From an uncultured Thiotrichaceae bacterium (GTDB taxonomy: Bacteria; Pseudomonadota; Gammaproteobacteria; SZUA-229): 64,000 nucleotides of DNA. Both the position numbers and the translations under genes were made by a program. Positions within the stretch are counted from its first letter, which is position 1. The number at the start of each line of letters is the position of its first letter. Location: positions 7,268 to 71,267 of the forward strand of contig CAYXNL010000003.1 of assembly GCA_964466455.1 (NCBI GenBank), read 5' to 3'. The notes below the pieces were generated by a model. The model searched no databases and was not told the origin of the DNA. It saw only the letters and a list, made by a program, of their open reading frames with translations. This document shows positions 43,240-53,532 of the stretch, in pieces.

Positions 43240-46200
43240 TTAACCCCGCTTCTGCGACCAGTCTCGAATATGAATCAGGCCGTTTTCAACCAGCGAATAT
43301 ACCACCGGTACAACGATTAGCGTGAGCAGGGTTGAACTAAACATTCCACCGATTACAGCAATCGCAAGTGGTGCATTGGTATCTGAACCAGCACCGATCC
43401 CCATTGCTGCTGGCAGCATAGCAATAATAATCGTCAGTGATGTCATCAGTATCGGTCGCATTCTTATCGGGCAGGCCTGTAGCAGGGCTGCATTGACACT
43501 TTTCCCCTGTGCGCGTAACTGATTGGTTAGATCAATCAACAGGATAGAGTTTTTCGCCACCAGGCCAATCAGTAACACCATGCCGATCATGGAATAAATA
43601 TTTAATGTCTGATGCATCAGCCAGAGCCCGAATACCCCGCCAATAACCGCCAGCGGCTGGGCAGTCATTACAATTAACGGCTGGATAAATGAATTAAACT
43701 GACTGGCCAGTGTCATGTAAACCAGGATCAGACCCGTGACAATCGCAAACATCACATAACCAACCGTTTTACTGAATGCCTTGGCGCGACCAATCAGCTC
43801 AACCCGATAGCCAGTCGGCAACATCGATTTGGCAACTTTTAATACAATTTCTGCCGCATCCCCTTCGGCAATGGTCGGGGTAGCAAAAAAAGTTGCCGCA
43901 TACTGCAATTTATAGCGACCAATCACCGCCGGACCCAACTTCGATGTCAGTTTGGCGACCGTATCCAGGCGTACCAGCTGACCACGATGGTTACGCAAAT
44001 AGATCTGCTTCAGGTCATTGGCATGATGCAAACCCGAGCCAGCCTTAAGGCGAATATCGTAACGCTCACCATCACCCGGATCATCATTATACTTTGCTAC
44101 ATCCATACCCCCTACCAGCACACGCAGGGTATTGGCGATGGTACGGGTATCCAGACCAACGCTATAGGCTTTTTCCCGATCAATACTAAGTACCGTCTGG
44201 GGCATATTTAGTTCCAGATCAGTATCAAGTTTTCCAATTTGAGGAATTTGCTGTAGTTTTCTGGTTAGTTTTTTTGATAATGCGGCAACCTTATCAAGGT
44301 TCGGACCTTTCAGCACAAATTGCAGTGGCTCGCCGCGTTGCCCGCCGACAATCGGTACCGGTGCGGCAAAGGCTTTAATGCCTGCCACCGTTGCCATTTC
44401 CTGTCGCACACGCTTGATAATTTCAACCTGATTATGCTTACGCTGCTGTCGTGGTATCAGGCTGACATATATTTGTCCCTGATTCACCTGACCACGATCA
44501 CCCGTGCCAATGGTACTGAACAGACCGCGTATTTCAGTGTCTTTTTTGAGAATTTTCTCCACCTGCTGCATTCGATCACGGGTATAGTCGATACTGGAAC
44601 CAAGAGGCGTTTTGATGGAAACAATAAATCGCCCCTCATCTTCATCTGGCATAAAGCCTTTACCCAGCTGCCCCATAAACCAGCCACTGCTATAGACCAC
44701 CAGTGCGGCAAGAATAAGAACAAACACACGCTTGCGAATCACAAAATGCAGTATTTTCTGATAGTGACTGTCCATGGCGTGAAAGCCGGTTTCCAGTAAA
44801 CGATACAGATGGCCATGACGTTTGCGCACACGCAGAAAGCGGGCACATAGCATAGGCGTCAATGTTAGTGAAACAAACAGTGAAATGATAACGCCAATAA
44901 CCACTACCACCGCAAAAGAACTGATAAAGCGCCCGATAATTCCACCCATAAATACAACTGCACCGAACAGGGAAACCAGGGTTATCGTCGAGGCCATAAC
45001 AGCGAAGATTACCTGTAATGTACCTTTTTCGGCTAATACATCTGCCGGTGCATCCGGGTCTTCCTCCATATGCCTGAATATATTTTCCAGCACCACAATA
45101 GCATCATCCACCACTACCCCGATTAGTAACAGCAGACCTAACATGGTCATGGTATTAAAGGTATAACCGGCAAAATAAATACCCGCAATGGCGCCAAGCA
45201 GGGATACCGGGATCGCCGTAGCAACAATAAGTGTTGAGCGCAAGTTACGTAAGAACAGCCACACCACTAGCGCCGCCAGTAATGTACCCTCAAACAGATG
45301 AGACTTTAATCCATCAATAATAGCGGTAATCAGGCTGGCATCATCAACCACAATATGTAACTTCATGCTCGGTGGTAACTGTGGCAAAATTTCCGTTCGT
45401 AAACGTTTTTTGGCCTCGTTAATAATAGCCACCGTATTACTGCCTGAAATTTTAATCAACCCCAGCCCTACAGCAGGTTTACCGTTATAACTGGCGTAAC
45501 GACGAAAATCTTCCAGCCCGTCTTTAATCCGGCTAATTTCCTTCAGATAAACGGGTAGATGATCGCGGTAGGCGACAATCAGTTTGCCAAGGTTGGCCAC
45601 ATGATGATATTCCAGATCGAGTTTGAGCTCACGCTCCTGGTTTCCACTGGTTAAAAAACCACCCGGTAATTTGATATGTTCCCGGCCAAAAGCCTGTATT
45701 ACCTGATTTACCGTAATACCTAATGCCGCCATCCGCTTAATATTTAGTTCAATGCGAATAGTACGTTTGCGTTCACCGGCAATTACCACATCACCTACAC
45801 CACTGATGGTTTCGAGACGTTTTTTAATAACATTACGGGCATATACATTTAACTGCTGCAGGGTATTATCTCCCTGTAGCGCCAGCCACATTATCGGTTG
45901 CGAACCAGCCTCAATTTTTTTTAGTACCGGTGTTTTTGCATCGGCTGGCAGTTGTTGTAATACTTCATTCAGTTTGGCCTGTACCTCATTAAAGGCAGTA
46001 TTAATATTCTTTTTCAGCTCAAACTGTATGACGACAACAGAAACCCCGGCAAGTGAGGAAGACTGAACACTTTCTATCCCCGAAACACCGTTTACCGCCG
46101 ACTCAATGACATTGGTTACCGAGGCATCAATCACATCCGGGTCAGCACCTGGCAGTACTGTGGCGATAGACAGCATAGGGAAATCAATTTTTGGCAGCCG

Positions 46201-46305
46201 GTCAACACCAATGCGCTGATAACTGATTACACCAAACAAAACCAGTACCAGACTTAACATGGTAGTCAGCACATACTGTCTGATCGACAGCTCAGGCAGA
46301 TTCAT
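43240..46305 (-). CDS. RND multidrug efflux transporter (HAE1 family, AcrB/AcrD-like)
   Basis: 1021 aa; 12-TM RND topology with two large periplasmic loops; N-terminus MNLPELSIRQYVLTTMLSLVLVLFGVISYQRIGVDRLP. Confidence 0.9.
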   Translation of the reverse strand: MNLPELSIRQYVLTTMLSLVLVLFGVISYQRIGVDRLPKIDFPMLSIATVLPGADPDVIDASVTNVIESAVNGVSGIESVQSSSLAGVSVVVIQFELKKNINTAFNEVQAKLNEVLQQLPADAKTPVLKKIEAGSQPIMWLALQGDNTLQQLNVYARNVIKKRLETISGVGDVVIAGERKRTIRIELNIKRMAALGITVNQVIQAFGREHIKLPGGFLTSGNQERELKLDLEYHHVANLGKLIVAYRDHLPVYLKEISRIKDGLEDFRRYASYNGKPAVGLGLIKISGSNTVAIINEAKKRLRTEILPQLPPSMKLHIVVDDASLITAIIDGLKSHLFEGTLLAALVVWLFLRNLRSTLIVATAIPVSLLGAIAGIYFAGYTFNTMTMLGLLLLIGVVVDDAIVVLENIFRHMEEDPDAPADVLAEKGTLQVIFAVMASTITLVSLFGAVVFMGGIIGRFISSFAVVVVIGVIISLFVSLTLTPMLCARFLRVRKRHGHLYRLLETGFHAMDSHYQKILHFVIRKRVFVLILAALVVYSSGWFMGQLGKGFMPDEDEGRFIVSIKTPLGSSIDYTRDRMQQVEKILKKDTEIRGLFSTIGTGDRGQVNQGQIYVSLIPRQQRKHNQVEIIKRVRQEMATVAGIKAFAAPVPIVGGQRGEPLQFVLKGPNLDKVAALSKKLTRKLQQIPQIGKLDTDLELNMPQTVLSIDREKAYSVGLDTRTIANTLRVLVGGMDVAKYNDDPGDGERYDIRLKAGSGLHHANDLKQIYLRNHRGQLVRLDTVAKLTSKLGPAVIGRYKLQYAATFFATPTIAEGDAAEIVLKVAKSMLPTGYRVELIGRAKAFSKTVGYVMFAIVTGLILVYMTLASQFNSFIQPLIVMTAQPLAVIGGVFGLWLMHQTLNIYSMIGMVLLIGLVAKNSILLIDLTNQLRAQGKSVNAALLQACPIRMRPILMTSLTIIIAMLPAAMGIGAGSDTNAPLAIAVIGGMFSSTLLTLIVVPVVYSLVENGLIHIRDWSQKRG

Positions 46306-47489
46306 TATTGCTTACCTGACGGGGCAACACGATTAGCTTTGTGCGATCGTATTTTTACCTGTGGCTCATTGCGCTGAATTTGAACACGCACGCCGTTACT
46401 GAGATAGGCAGCGCCATCGAGTGCAATATGCACACCCGCTTTAAGGCCAGTTTTAATTTCAACTCGCCTGCCCTGCCGAATACCGATGACTACCGGCTTT
46501 TCCTCCGCCCTGCCATTATCTAACTGATACACCACAAAACCAGCCGGACGCTGCACCAGCACCGCCTGTGGAACAATAACAGCATGATCATGTTGCATCA
46601 GTACCACTGATGCTGTAATAGATTCACCCGGTTTCCACTGTTTGCTGTTGTTAAATTCTACCAGCGCCTGAAGGGAGTGGTTCTGCTGCTCCAGCATAGG
46701 TCTGATACGTGTGATTTTCGCCTTCAGACTATCTTTACCTCTGTTCAGGGCAACACCCATACCCGGTTTAATTTCATCTGCCAGTGTTTCAGGAAAGTAC
46801 AGTCTGGCCCTCACATGATGCGTATCTATAATCTGAAACAGTGGCTTGCCTGAGGGTGACATCGGGTTAATATAGTCCCCTTTCGATACCGAACGTTTCT
46901 GTATTACCCCGGAAATGGGTGCAACGATACGCGTATGTGAGAGTTCATAACTGGCAATATTAAGCTGTGCTTTCGCCTGCCTGATCTGCGCCTGAGTTTG
47001 TTTGACAAGCGTTCTTGATGCGTCCAGTTTTGAATCGGATATTGTCTTCTTTTTAAATAAAGACTGGTCACGTTTGAGCAATAGCTGCTGATTTTCCAGT
47101 TGCGCCTGCAAACCTTCGATATTCGCTTTAGCCGCCATTTTATTCAGTCTAAAACGTTCACTATCCATCTGAGCCAGCACCTGCCCGGCCACTACCTTGT
47201 CGCCTTCATCGACATTAACCTTTACCACCTCAGCCGATACCATGGATGAAATTTGTGGCGCATGCATCGTTTCAATCACTCCCTGTACTGTGGTAATCAG
47301 GCTGATAGAGCCACTCATAACCTGAATTTCAGTTACCGGAACACCCGATTGATATGTCTTTTTCTCTCCAGCACGGGCATGCGATGGAGCGGATACAAGG
47401 GCTATCGCGGCAAATAGAAAAATAGATATAAATACGGAATGATGCAATCGTAATACAGAAAAAAATGGTGGGGAATAAAACAGCTTCAT
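46305..47489 (-). CDS. RND efflux periplasmic adaptor (membrane fusion protein)
   Basis: 394 aa; signal/anchor, coiled-coil hairpin and lipoyl/beta-barrel domains; stop/start overlap with the RND gene. Confidence 0.85.
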   Translation of the reverse strand: MKLFYSPPFFSVLRLHHSVFISIFLFAAIALVSAPSHARAGEKKTYQSGVPVTEIQVMSGSISLITTVQGVIETMHAPQISSMVSAEVVKVNVDEGDKVVAGQVLAQMDSERFRLNKMAAKANIEGLQAQLENQQLLLKRDQSLFKKKTISDSKLDASRTLVKQTQAQIRQAKAQLNIASYELSHTRIVAPISGVIQKRSVSKGDYINPMSPSGKPLFQIIDTHHVRARLYFPETLADEIKPGMGVALNRGKDSLKAKITRIRPMLEQQNHSLQALVEFNNSKQWKPGESITASVVLMQHDHAVIVPQAVLVQRPAGFVVYQLDNGRAEEKPVVIGIRQGRRVEIKTGLKAGVHIALDGAAYLSNGVRVQIQRNEPQVKIRSHKANRVAPSGKQ

Positions 47490-47576
47490 ACAGTTATACC
47501 CAGAGATCCGGTTAATATTGTCATTACGCAGGCAGTGGCAACTATCGGTAGTTGTTAAGGAACGTCTGATTAACGT

Positions 47577-47915
47577 TTATTTCTTCTGCCAGCTTGCTCC
47601 CGGTTTTATATACATACCGGGTTTTGACCTCTCAATGGCTTTTTTACCCGCCAGTGCCTCAACAGCAGCAACAGTGGTTCCATTGCGTCGGGCAATTGCT
47701 TCATACAATTGCTTTCGCTTCTGGTTTATATCCTGTATCAGGGCTTTCACCTCACTATTAGGCACGGTTACCGCCTGAAGATAACCACTGGTCGTTTCAC
47801 CAACCAGCCCCCGTTGCTTGGCAGTGTGTAAATCAATAGCCATCGCATAGCTGGAAAAAACCAGCAGAAAAAAGGCCATAAAAGAGAATGATAAGTTTCT
47901 GTTAACTTTATTCAT
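47577..47915 (-). CDS. ydbL: YdbL (DUF1318) periplasmic protein
   Basis: 112 aa; signal peptide and conserved DLHTAKQRGLVGE...GYLQAV motif of YdbL family; last gene of the ydbH-ynbE-ydbL operon. Confidence 0.75.
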   Translation of the reverse strand: MNKVNRNLSFSFMAFFLLVFSSYAMAIDLHTAKQRGLVGETTSGYLQAVTVPNSEVKALIQDINQKRKQLYEAIARRNGTTVAAVEALAGKKAIERSKPGMYIKPGASWQKK

Positions 47916-48115
47916 TAGAATAACCCACTGTCTTTATTAAACGCATTATCGAGCTGTTTATCCACTTTTATCCGTATTTCCTGCTGGATTTTTATATTGA
48001 GATTAATGGTTATGGGCTTATCCGGTGCCTCCACCTTAACCGTTGGCGAGCAACCATATAGTAAAACAGGAACGACCAGGGAAAACAGTAGAAAAAAAGA
48101 AACCGGTAATTTCAT
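47915..48115 (-). CDS. ynbE: YnbE-like small lipoprotein
   Basis: 66 aa; lipobox LLYGCSPTVKVEAPDKPITINLNI matching E. coli YnbE. Confidence 0.75.
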   Translation of the reverse strand: MKLPVSFFLLFSLVVPVLLYGCSPTVKVEAPDKPITINLNIKIQQEIRIKVDKQLDNAFNKDSGLF

Positions 48116-48156
48116 ATAAGTATTTCCATCGTAGTTTTACTGTCGGGCCTGACCGA

Positions 48157-50721
48157 CTAATGATATTTTTTTCTAACGGCTGCGTCGATACTGTCATTCA
48201 GGCCCTGTGTATAGCGTAAGCTTTTAAGCAGGTCTTTTATATTCTGTTGTGTATTAATGTTCAGCTTCACCCGCTGGTTCTTACCCAGCTCGGGGCTGAC
48301 TCCTGCCAGATGGAGTGCCGCACTCATCCTGCCATCCGGAGTATAGGACAAATTAGCCGCCAGTTTACTGTAACGAAAATCCCGCAATGCCTTTAACACA
48401 ATAGTTGACAGCGGGCTGGTTGAAATTTGTCCTTTGCCAGTTTTCGGCTGATAGCGAATATACCCTTTTCTGCCTGCATTATCAAAATAACCCTGATGAA
48501 TATAAATACCCTGTTGATTTAATTCAATGGGTAATACGCCATCGAGTTTACCATCAACAGATAACCCCGGTAATGGCTGTGATCGGGCAATGCTAGCTAA
48601 ATTAATATTACGTATTTTCAGGGTAAACCGGTTTACCGGATGATTAAAATCCAGCGTTATCTTTCTGCTATAAAAACGTCCATCAAAAATATGACCTTCC
48701 AGGTTATGAAGAGTAATAACCGGCAGGTAATATTTTTTTTCATGATTCAACACAAGTTGCAGATGAATATTACTGATTAATACACCGCTATCAAGGTGTT
48801 TCAGCCGGATTAAACCGGTATGACCAATACGTTTTTCTGGCATAGATTTCACCGTTTGCAATACCGGCAGTATATTAAAATTCTGCACCGTATTTAACCC
48901 TGAGAACACGATTTGCTGATAAAAACCACCCACATTTTTCATCTGTAACCGGGTTGACAGCTGAAAAGGTTTATTTGCCCACCATTGCATAGAGGCATGA
49001 AGAGCAACCCTGCCGCTTATGATATCCACAAGATAAGGCCACGGTTTAACAAGCCGGCTCAGTCTGTCTGAATCAGCAGACAGCTTAATTTCCCTGTCTG
49101 TATCAATTGTCAGCATACCATGATTATGCTGAATATTGTGACTGCCGTTAAAGCTAAACTTTGCCGGTAACTCGGCAGAAAATAAATGGCCATTAAATTT
49201 TATTTTTTCATTAGCCTTAGTAATATGCAATATAACATCCCTGCCTTTTAGCTGAATTAACCTGCCATTAGTAAAACGCTGAAGAGCCAGAATCGATCTA
49301 CTTGCAATATTTATAGCAAAGGCAGTATCACTACCATAGGCTGCGTTTTTTTCATTAGCCGGATTAATATCAATATTCCCATACAGCTTAATTACCGCAT
49401 TCTTTATTTGTGTATCGTCAATATCCAGCTTTTTATAGCGAATAAAACTGCCACGATGCAGGACAATTTGCGAGCCATTTTTTAAGGCGTTAATATTAAA
49501 AATAAAACTCGCCTCAGGATGCTCAACACCACCACCCTGCCATCGAATCTGATTACCTGTTAATGTAACCAGCGCAAGCTCTTTACGAGCAGATTGTTTT
49601 TCCCTGATAATATTTTTATCTGCATTATTTATGCGCTGATTTTTAGGTGGCATACCATCCTGTAGCAACATAGCAACAGGAAGAGTTATTTTTCCACTGA
49701 TCGGATCAATAATAAATGCCGCCACCTGTTTTTTTGTTACCCGTTCTTTTGTTACCCGTTCTTTTGTTATCTGCTCTTTTGTTACCTGTTCTTTTCTACC
49801 AGCAGATAGCCTGCTGTTTTTTATATCCATAAAATCCAGTTTTTGTAACAGTTTTATTATTTTCTGTATATTAAGCTGATATTCAGCCCTGATTACTTTG
49901 TCACTCAGGATAATATGTAATAATGCCGTACGCGATTGATCCAGATTGATACTGATGGTATTCGCTGAAGAAATTTTTACTGTTAATTCCTCTGGCAGGT
50001 CAGGTATATTTAATCTTAGTGATAGCTCTGTATTTTCTTTTGCGGTTTCTATTTTATGGAAATCGAGGCTAATACGCCGGTTATTGAACCCCTTAAAAGG
50101 GTTTCCATGTAGTTGTAATGTATCAATATAAAGCTGCTTAAAGGGTATTTTTTCTCGCCAGTTAGTCTGAAACTGCCTGAATAGCTGCCGCAATACTACA
50201 GATTGTGAAACTAACGGGCGTTTTTTCGCTGCAATTTTATTAGTAGACGGTTTTATATTGGCGGGAACATTCTGCCTACTTTTATCAGCAGGGACTGATG
50301 CATTACTGGCTACGGCCATCCCCGATGTTAAACTGGAGAATGTCTTTTTTGGCGTGGTAAGTTTTGTTATCTGCAAGTCTCTGATCATTATTTTATCTAT
50401 AACCACTTTACCCTGAGCAGCAATAAACAGATCCTGATTACTGTATTGCAGCTTTATCCCTTTTACCCGCACTTGATAAACTGCCGAAGATGCTGTCTGA
50501 TCAACCGGATTCAGATTAAAGATTAGTGAAGAAATTTGTGTTTGATGTCCACCAATTTTATCTATTTTTAATTGCTGCAGACGAATACCTGCCTGATATA
50601 ATTTTTCTTCTGCCAGTAACGGTAATAATGATTGAACAATAGCCGCACGATATGCCAGGCCAGTAATAATAGCCAGTATTAATATAATCAGAAAAATAAA
50701 TATCCACTTTAATACTTTCAT
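48157..50721 (-). CDS. ydbH: AsmA-like intermembrane phospholipid transport protein YdbH
   Basis: 854 aa; N-terminal anchor MKVLKWIFIFLIILILAIITGLAY, beta-rich body; conserved ydbH-ynbE-ydbL gene order. Contains in-frame VTKEQ/VTKER pentapeptide repeats. Confidence 0.8.
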   Translation of the reverse strand: MKVLKWIFIFLIILILAIITGLAYRAAIVQSLLPLLAEEKLYQAGIRLQQLKIDKIGGHQTQISSLIFNLNPVDQTASSAVYQVRVKGIKLQYSNQDLFIAAQGKVVIDKIMIRDLQITKLTTPKKTFSSLTSGMAVASNASVPADKSRQNVPANIKPSTNKIAAKKRPLVSQSVVLRQLFRQFQTNWREKIPFKQLYIDTLQLHGNPFKGFNNRRISLDFHKIETAKENTELSLRLNIPDLPEELTVKISSANTISINLDQSRTALLHIILSDKVIRAEYQLNIQKIIKLLQKLDFMDIKNSRLSAGRKEQVTKEQITKERVTKERVTKKQVAAFIIDPISGKITLPVAMLLQDGMPPKNQRINNADKNIIREKQSARKELALVTLTGNQIRWQGGGVEHPEASFIFNINALKNGSQIVLHRGSFIRYKKLDIDDTQIKNAVIKLYGNIDINPANEKNAAYGSDTAFAINIASRSILALQRFTNGRLIQLKGRDVILHITKANEKIKFNGHLFSAELPAKFSFNGSHNIQHNHGMLTIDTDREIKLSADSDRLSRLVKPWPYLVDIISGRVALHASMQWWANKPFQLSTRLQMKNVGGFYQQIVFSGLNTVQNFNILPVLQTVKSMPEKRIGHTGLIRLKHLDSGVLISNIHLQLVLNHEKKYYLPVITLHNLEGHIFDGRFYSRKITLDFNHPVNRFTLKIRNINLASIARSQPLPGLSVDGKLDGVLPIELNQQGIYIHQGYFDNAGRKGYIRYQPKTGKGQISTSPLSTIVLKALRDFRYSKLAANLSYTPDGRMSAALHLAGVSPELGKNQRVKLNINTQQNIKDLLKSLRYTQGLNDSIDAAVRKKYH
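49726..49800. repeat. 15-bp in-frame tandem repeat (about 4.5 copies of CCGTTCTTTTGTTAC) inside ydbH
   Basis: gtttttttgttac ccgttcttttgttac ccgttcttttgttat ctgctcttttgttac ctgttcttttctacc; encodes (VTKEQ/VTKER)n on the minus strand. Confidence 0.85.
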
Positions 50722-50799
50722 ATATCCGTCATTACTGCTGCATTAAGCAATCTTTCATTCAGTCCGAGTCGAACAGATTACGGTGTAATCGCAGGTTGT

Positions 50800-53532
50800 T
50801 TAGTGATCAAGTAATGCTCTGATTTTCATACTCAGATCAATCTGGGTATACGGCTTATTAAGCAGATTCGCTCTGAACCGTGACTGGCCATTGCGTGCGA
50901 TGGCTTTTTCCGTATAACCGGAGGTTAATAATACTTTAAGTGACGACTGCAATGTCGTCAGCTTTTCTGCCAGTTCAAATCCATTTAGACCACCCGGCAT
51001 AACAACATCACTAAACAATAGATCAATGGATGATTCTTCTTCAAATTTCGTCAATGCCTGCGCAGCGTTACTGGCAGTAATAATCCGATAACCCTGCCGG
51101 GATAATGTCTCTTCAACCAGCTCAACCAATCCAGGTTCATCATCAACAACCAGAATGGTTTCATTCCCTTTGGGGAAAGCCGTGCGGGAGGGAGAAGGTT
51201 TCGGTTGTTCTTCTTTTTCCTGACGGACACGTGGTAGATAAATTCGAAAGGTTGAGCCAATACCCTGTTCTGAATAAACCTTTATGGCGCCAGCTGAGCG
51301 TTTTACAAAACCGAACACCATCGCCAGACCTAAACCGGTTCCCTTGCCCTGTTTTTTTGTACTGAAAAAAGGTTCAAAAACACGTTCCTGAACCTCTGTA
51401 GACATGCCTTCCCCATTGTCACTCACCGCTAGCTCAACATATTGCCCAGGTATCACCTCTGGGTCATAGCGGCAATAATCTTCATCCAGTACAACATTAG
51501 CGGTTTCTATGGTTAACAAACCGCGCCCTTTCATTGCGTCACTGGCATTAATAATAAGGTTTAGCAAGGCATCTTCAAAATCACCGGAGGAAATTTCCGT
51601 TAGCCATATCGGCTGACAGAAATTATGTTCAATTTCCACCTGCGGTGTTAACGAACGGGCGATTAAATTACTCATGTCTTTAATCCGCCGGTTAATATCA
51701 GTAACCGCCGAACTGGATACATCACTGCGCGAAAACCCGAGTAACTGCCGGGTAAGATCAACAGCACGTTGCGCTGCATGGCGAATGCCCTTTATCCTTT
51801 TCTGTATTTCCTCATCAGTTTCAATATGCGGCTCAAGCAGATCAAGATTCCCTAGTATAATACCAAGAATATTATTAAAATCATGGGCAATACCTCCTGT
51901 CAGTTGGCCGATTGCCTCCATTTTCTGTGTCCGACGCAGGGCAATTTCAGTTCGCTGATGCTCACTAATATCGCGCCATACCGCATGCAATACGGTTTCA
52001 TCACCGAAGGGAATAGCCGTAAACAAAACTTCTACCGGAAAGGTTTGACCATTTTGTCGCTTATGTACCCATTCAAAACGATGACTACCTTTTTCCCTGG
52101 CAATAGCCATCATTTCATTGGCTTTTTCAATGGACTCTCTACCATCCGGTTGTAGCGGTGGTGATAGATCGGAGGGACTAGTTTGCAATACGGCCTTTTT
52201 ATCCGCATACCCCAGCATGCTGACCATTGCCTGGTTACAGTCAACAAATCGTCCTTCTTCAAGAATAAGCAACGCATCGGTTGATTTTTCAAACAGAGTA
52301 ACATATTTTTTCTCGCTTTCCTGTAGCGTTTTCTCCGCCTGTTTACGTCTGCTTATATCGGTATAAACACCGCAGACGGCATAAATTTTATTTTCGCTGT
52401 CAAATAGCGGAAACTGGTCTGATATATAATGATGCACACCCCCATTATGCAAAATAGTTTCCTCAGATTTTATCCTCCTCCCGTTTGCAATAATGGCTTC
52501 ATCATCACTGAAAAACACATCGTTACGACCGGAAGAAGAAACTTCTTTATCTGTTTTACCAATAATGTCTTCATGCGCAGTATGAAACAGCGTTTCATAC
52601 TGCCGGTTAACAAAAATATAACGCCCGGCAAGATCTTTTGCATAAACGATGGCCGGGGAATGGTCCATAATCGCCTGTAAATTACGCTGGTTTCTGGCAT
52701 TCATCTCTCGCAACCGGTACCGTTCCGTAACATCACTGAACACCAGCACCATACCTTGAACCTCAGCATTGTCACCATTGCGAATCGGCGCAGCAGAATC
52801 GGCAATCTGGTACTCACACCCGTCTCTGGCTATTAATGTGGTGTGGTTGCTCAGGTAAACCGTTTTACCGGTGGCAATGACTTTTTCAACTGGATTTTCG
52901 ATTGACGCCCGAGTACTGGCATCAATAATAGGGAAAACTGTTTTAACCGGTAAGCCTTTTGCCTCATTATTAGACCAGCCGGTTAACTGCTCGGCAACCG
53001 GATTCAACAGGGTCAGATTGCCTGCCTGATCCGTAACCATCACCGCATCACCGATAGAATTCAGCGTAATAGACAAATTTTCCTCACTCAGGCGCAGACG
53101 CTCACGGCTACGTTCCAGCTTCCTGAGCAACCGCTTCTGCTTGTCAATTTCGCGATTTAGTGCAATAAAGGTATTTGCCCGTGAACCGACCGGCTTCATC
53201 CGTAATATAATCTGTGCCGACTGTTCATTCTGACTCGGTACCAACAGAAAACCTTCACAACTCGACATAGGTGATTCGCGGTTAGCGTGCGCACACATTA
53301 ATGCCAGTCTCATCGGGGTTCGAGAACGGGTACAGGGTCGTAGTCGAGAACGGATCTCAGTGGATGACAGATTGGTTAGTTCAGCTAGATTAATGCCTGT
53401 CAGCTCTTCGGCGCTGTGTTGTAAAATACGTGAAGCGGCACGGTTGATCGCCAGGATTTCCCCCTCAGCGCTTACCATCAGCATGCCCTCAGGCAACAGA
53501 TCAGCCAGAAAAAGAAATTCAGATGCCTGCAT
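50800..53532 (-). CDS. cytoplasmic multi-PAS hybrid sensor histidine kinase (PAS x ~4, HisKA, HATPase_c, C-terminal receiver)
   Basis: 910 aa; no TM segments; H-box IAHDFNNIL, ATPase G-boxes (DNGEGM, GTGLGLAMV), C-terminal REC (ILVVDDEPGLVEL...DLLFSDVVMPGGLNG). Confidence 0.85.
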   Translation of the reverse strand: MQASEFLFLADLLPEGMLMVSAEGEILAINRAASRILQHSAEELTGINLAELTNLSSTEIRSRLRPCTRSRTPMRLALMCAHANRESPMSSCEGFLLVPSQNEQSAQIILRMKPVGSRANTFIALNREIDKQKRLLRKLERSRERLRLSEENLSITLNSIGDAVMVTDQAGNLTLLNPVAEQLTGWSNNEAKGLPVKTVFPIIDASTRASIENPVEKVIATGKTVYLSNHTTLIARDGCEYQIADSAAPIRNGDNAEVQGMVLVFSDVTERYRLREMNARNQRNLQAIMDHSPAIVYAKDLAGRYIFVNRQYETLFHTAHEDIIGKTDKEVSSSGRNDVFFSDDEAIIANGRRIKSEETILHNGGVHHYISDQFPLFDSENKIYAVCGVYTDISRRKQAEKTLQESEKKYVTLFEKSTDALLILEEGRFVDCNQAMVSMLGYADKKAVLQTSPSDLSPPLQPDGRESIEKANEMMAIAREKGSHRFEWVHKRQNGQTFPVEVLFTAIPFGDETVLHAVWRDISEHQRTEIALRRTQKMEAIGQLTGGIAHDFNNILGIILGNLDLLEPHIETDEEIQKRIKGIRHAAQRAVDLTRQLLGFSRSDVSSSAVTDINRRIKDMSNLIARSLTPQVEIEHNFCQPIWLTEISSGDFEDALLNLIINASDAMKGRGLLTIETANVVLDEDYCRYDPEVIPGQYVELAVSDNGEGMSTEVQERVFEPFFSTKKQGKGTGLGLAMVFGFVKRSAGAIKVYSEQGIGSTFRIYLPRVRQEKEEQPKPSPSRTAFPKGNETILVVDDEPGLVELVEETLSRQGYRIITASNAAQALTKFEEESSIDLLFSDVVMPGGLNGFELAEKLTTLQSSLKVLLTSGYTEKAIARNGQSRFRANLLNKPYTQIDLSMKIRALLDH

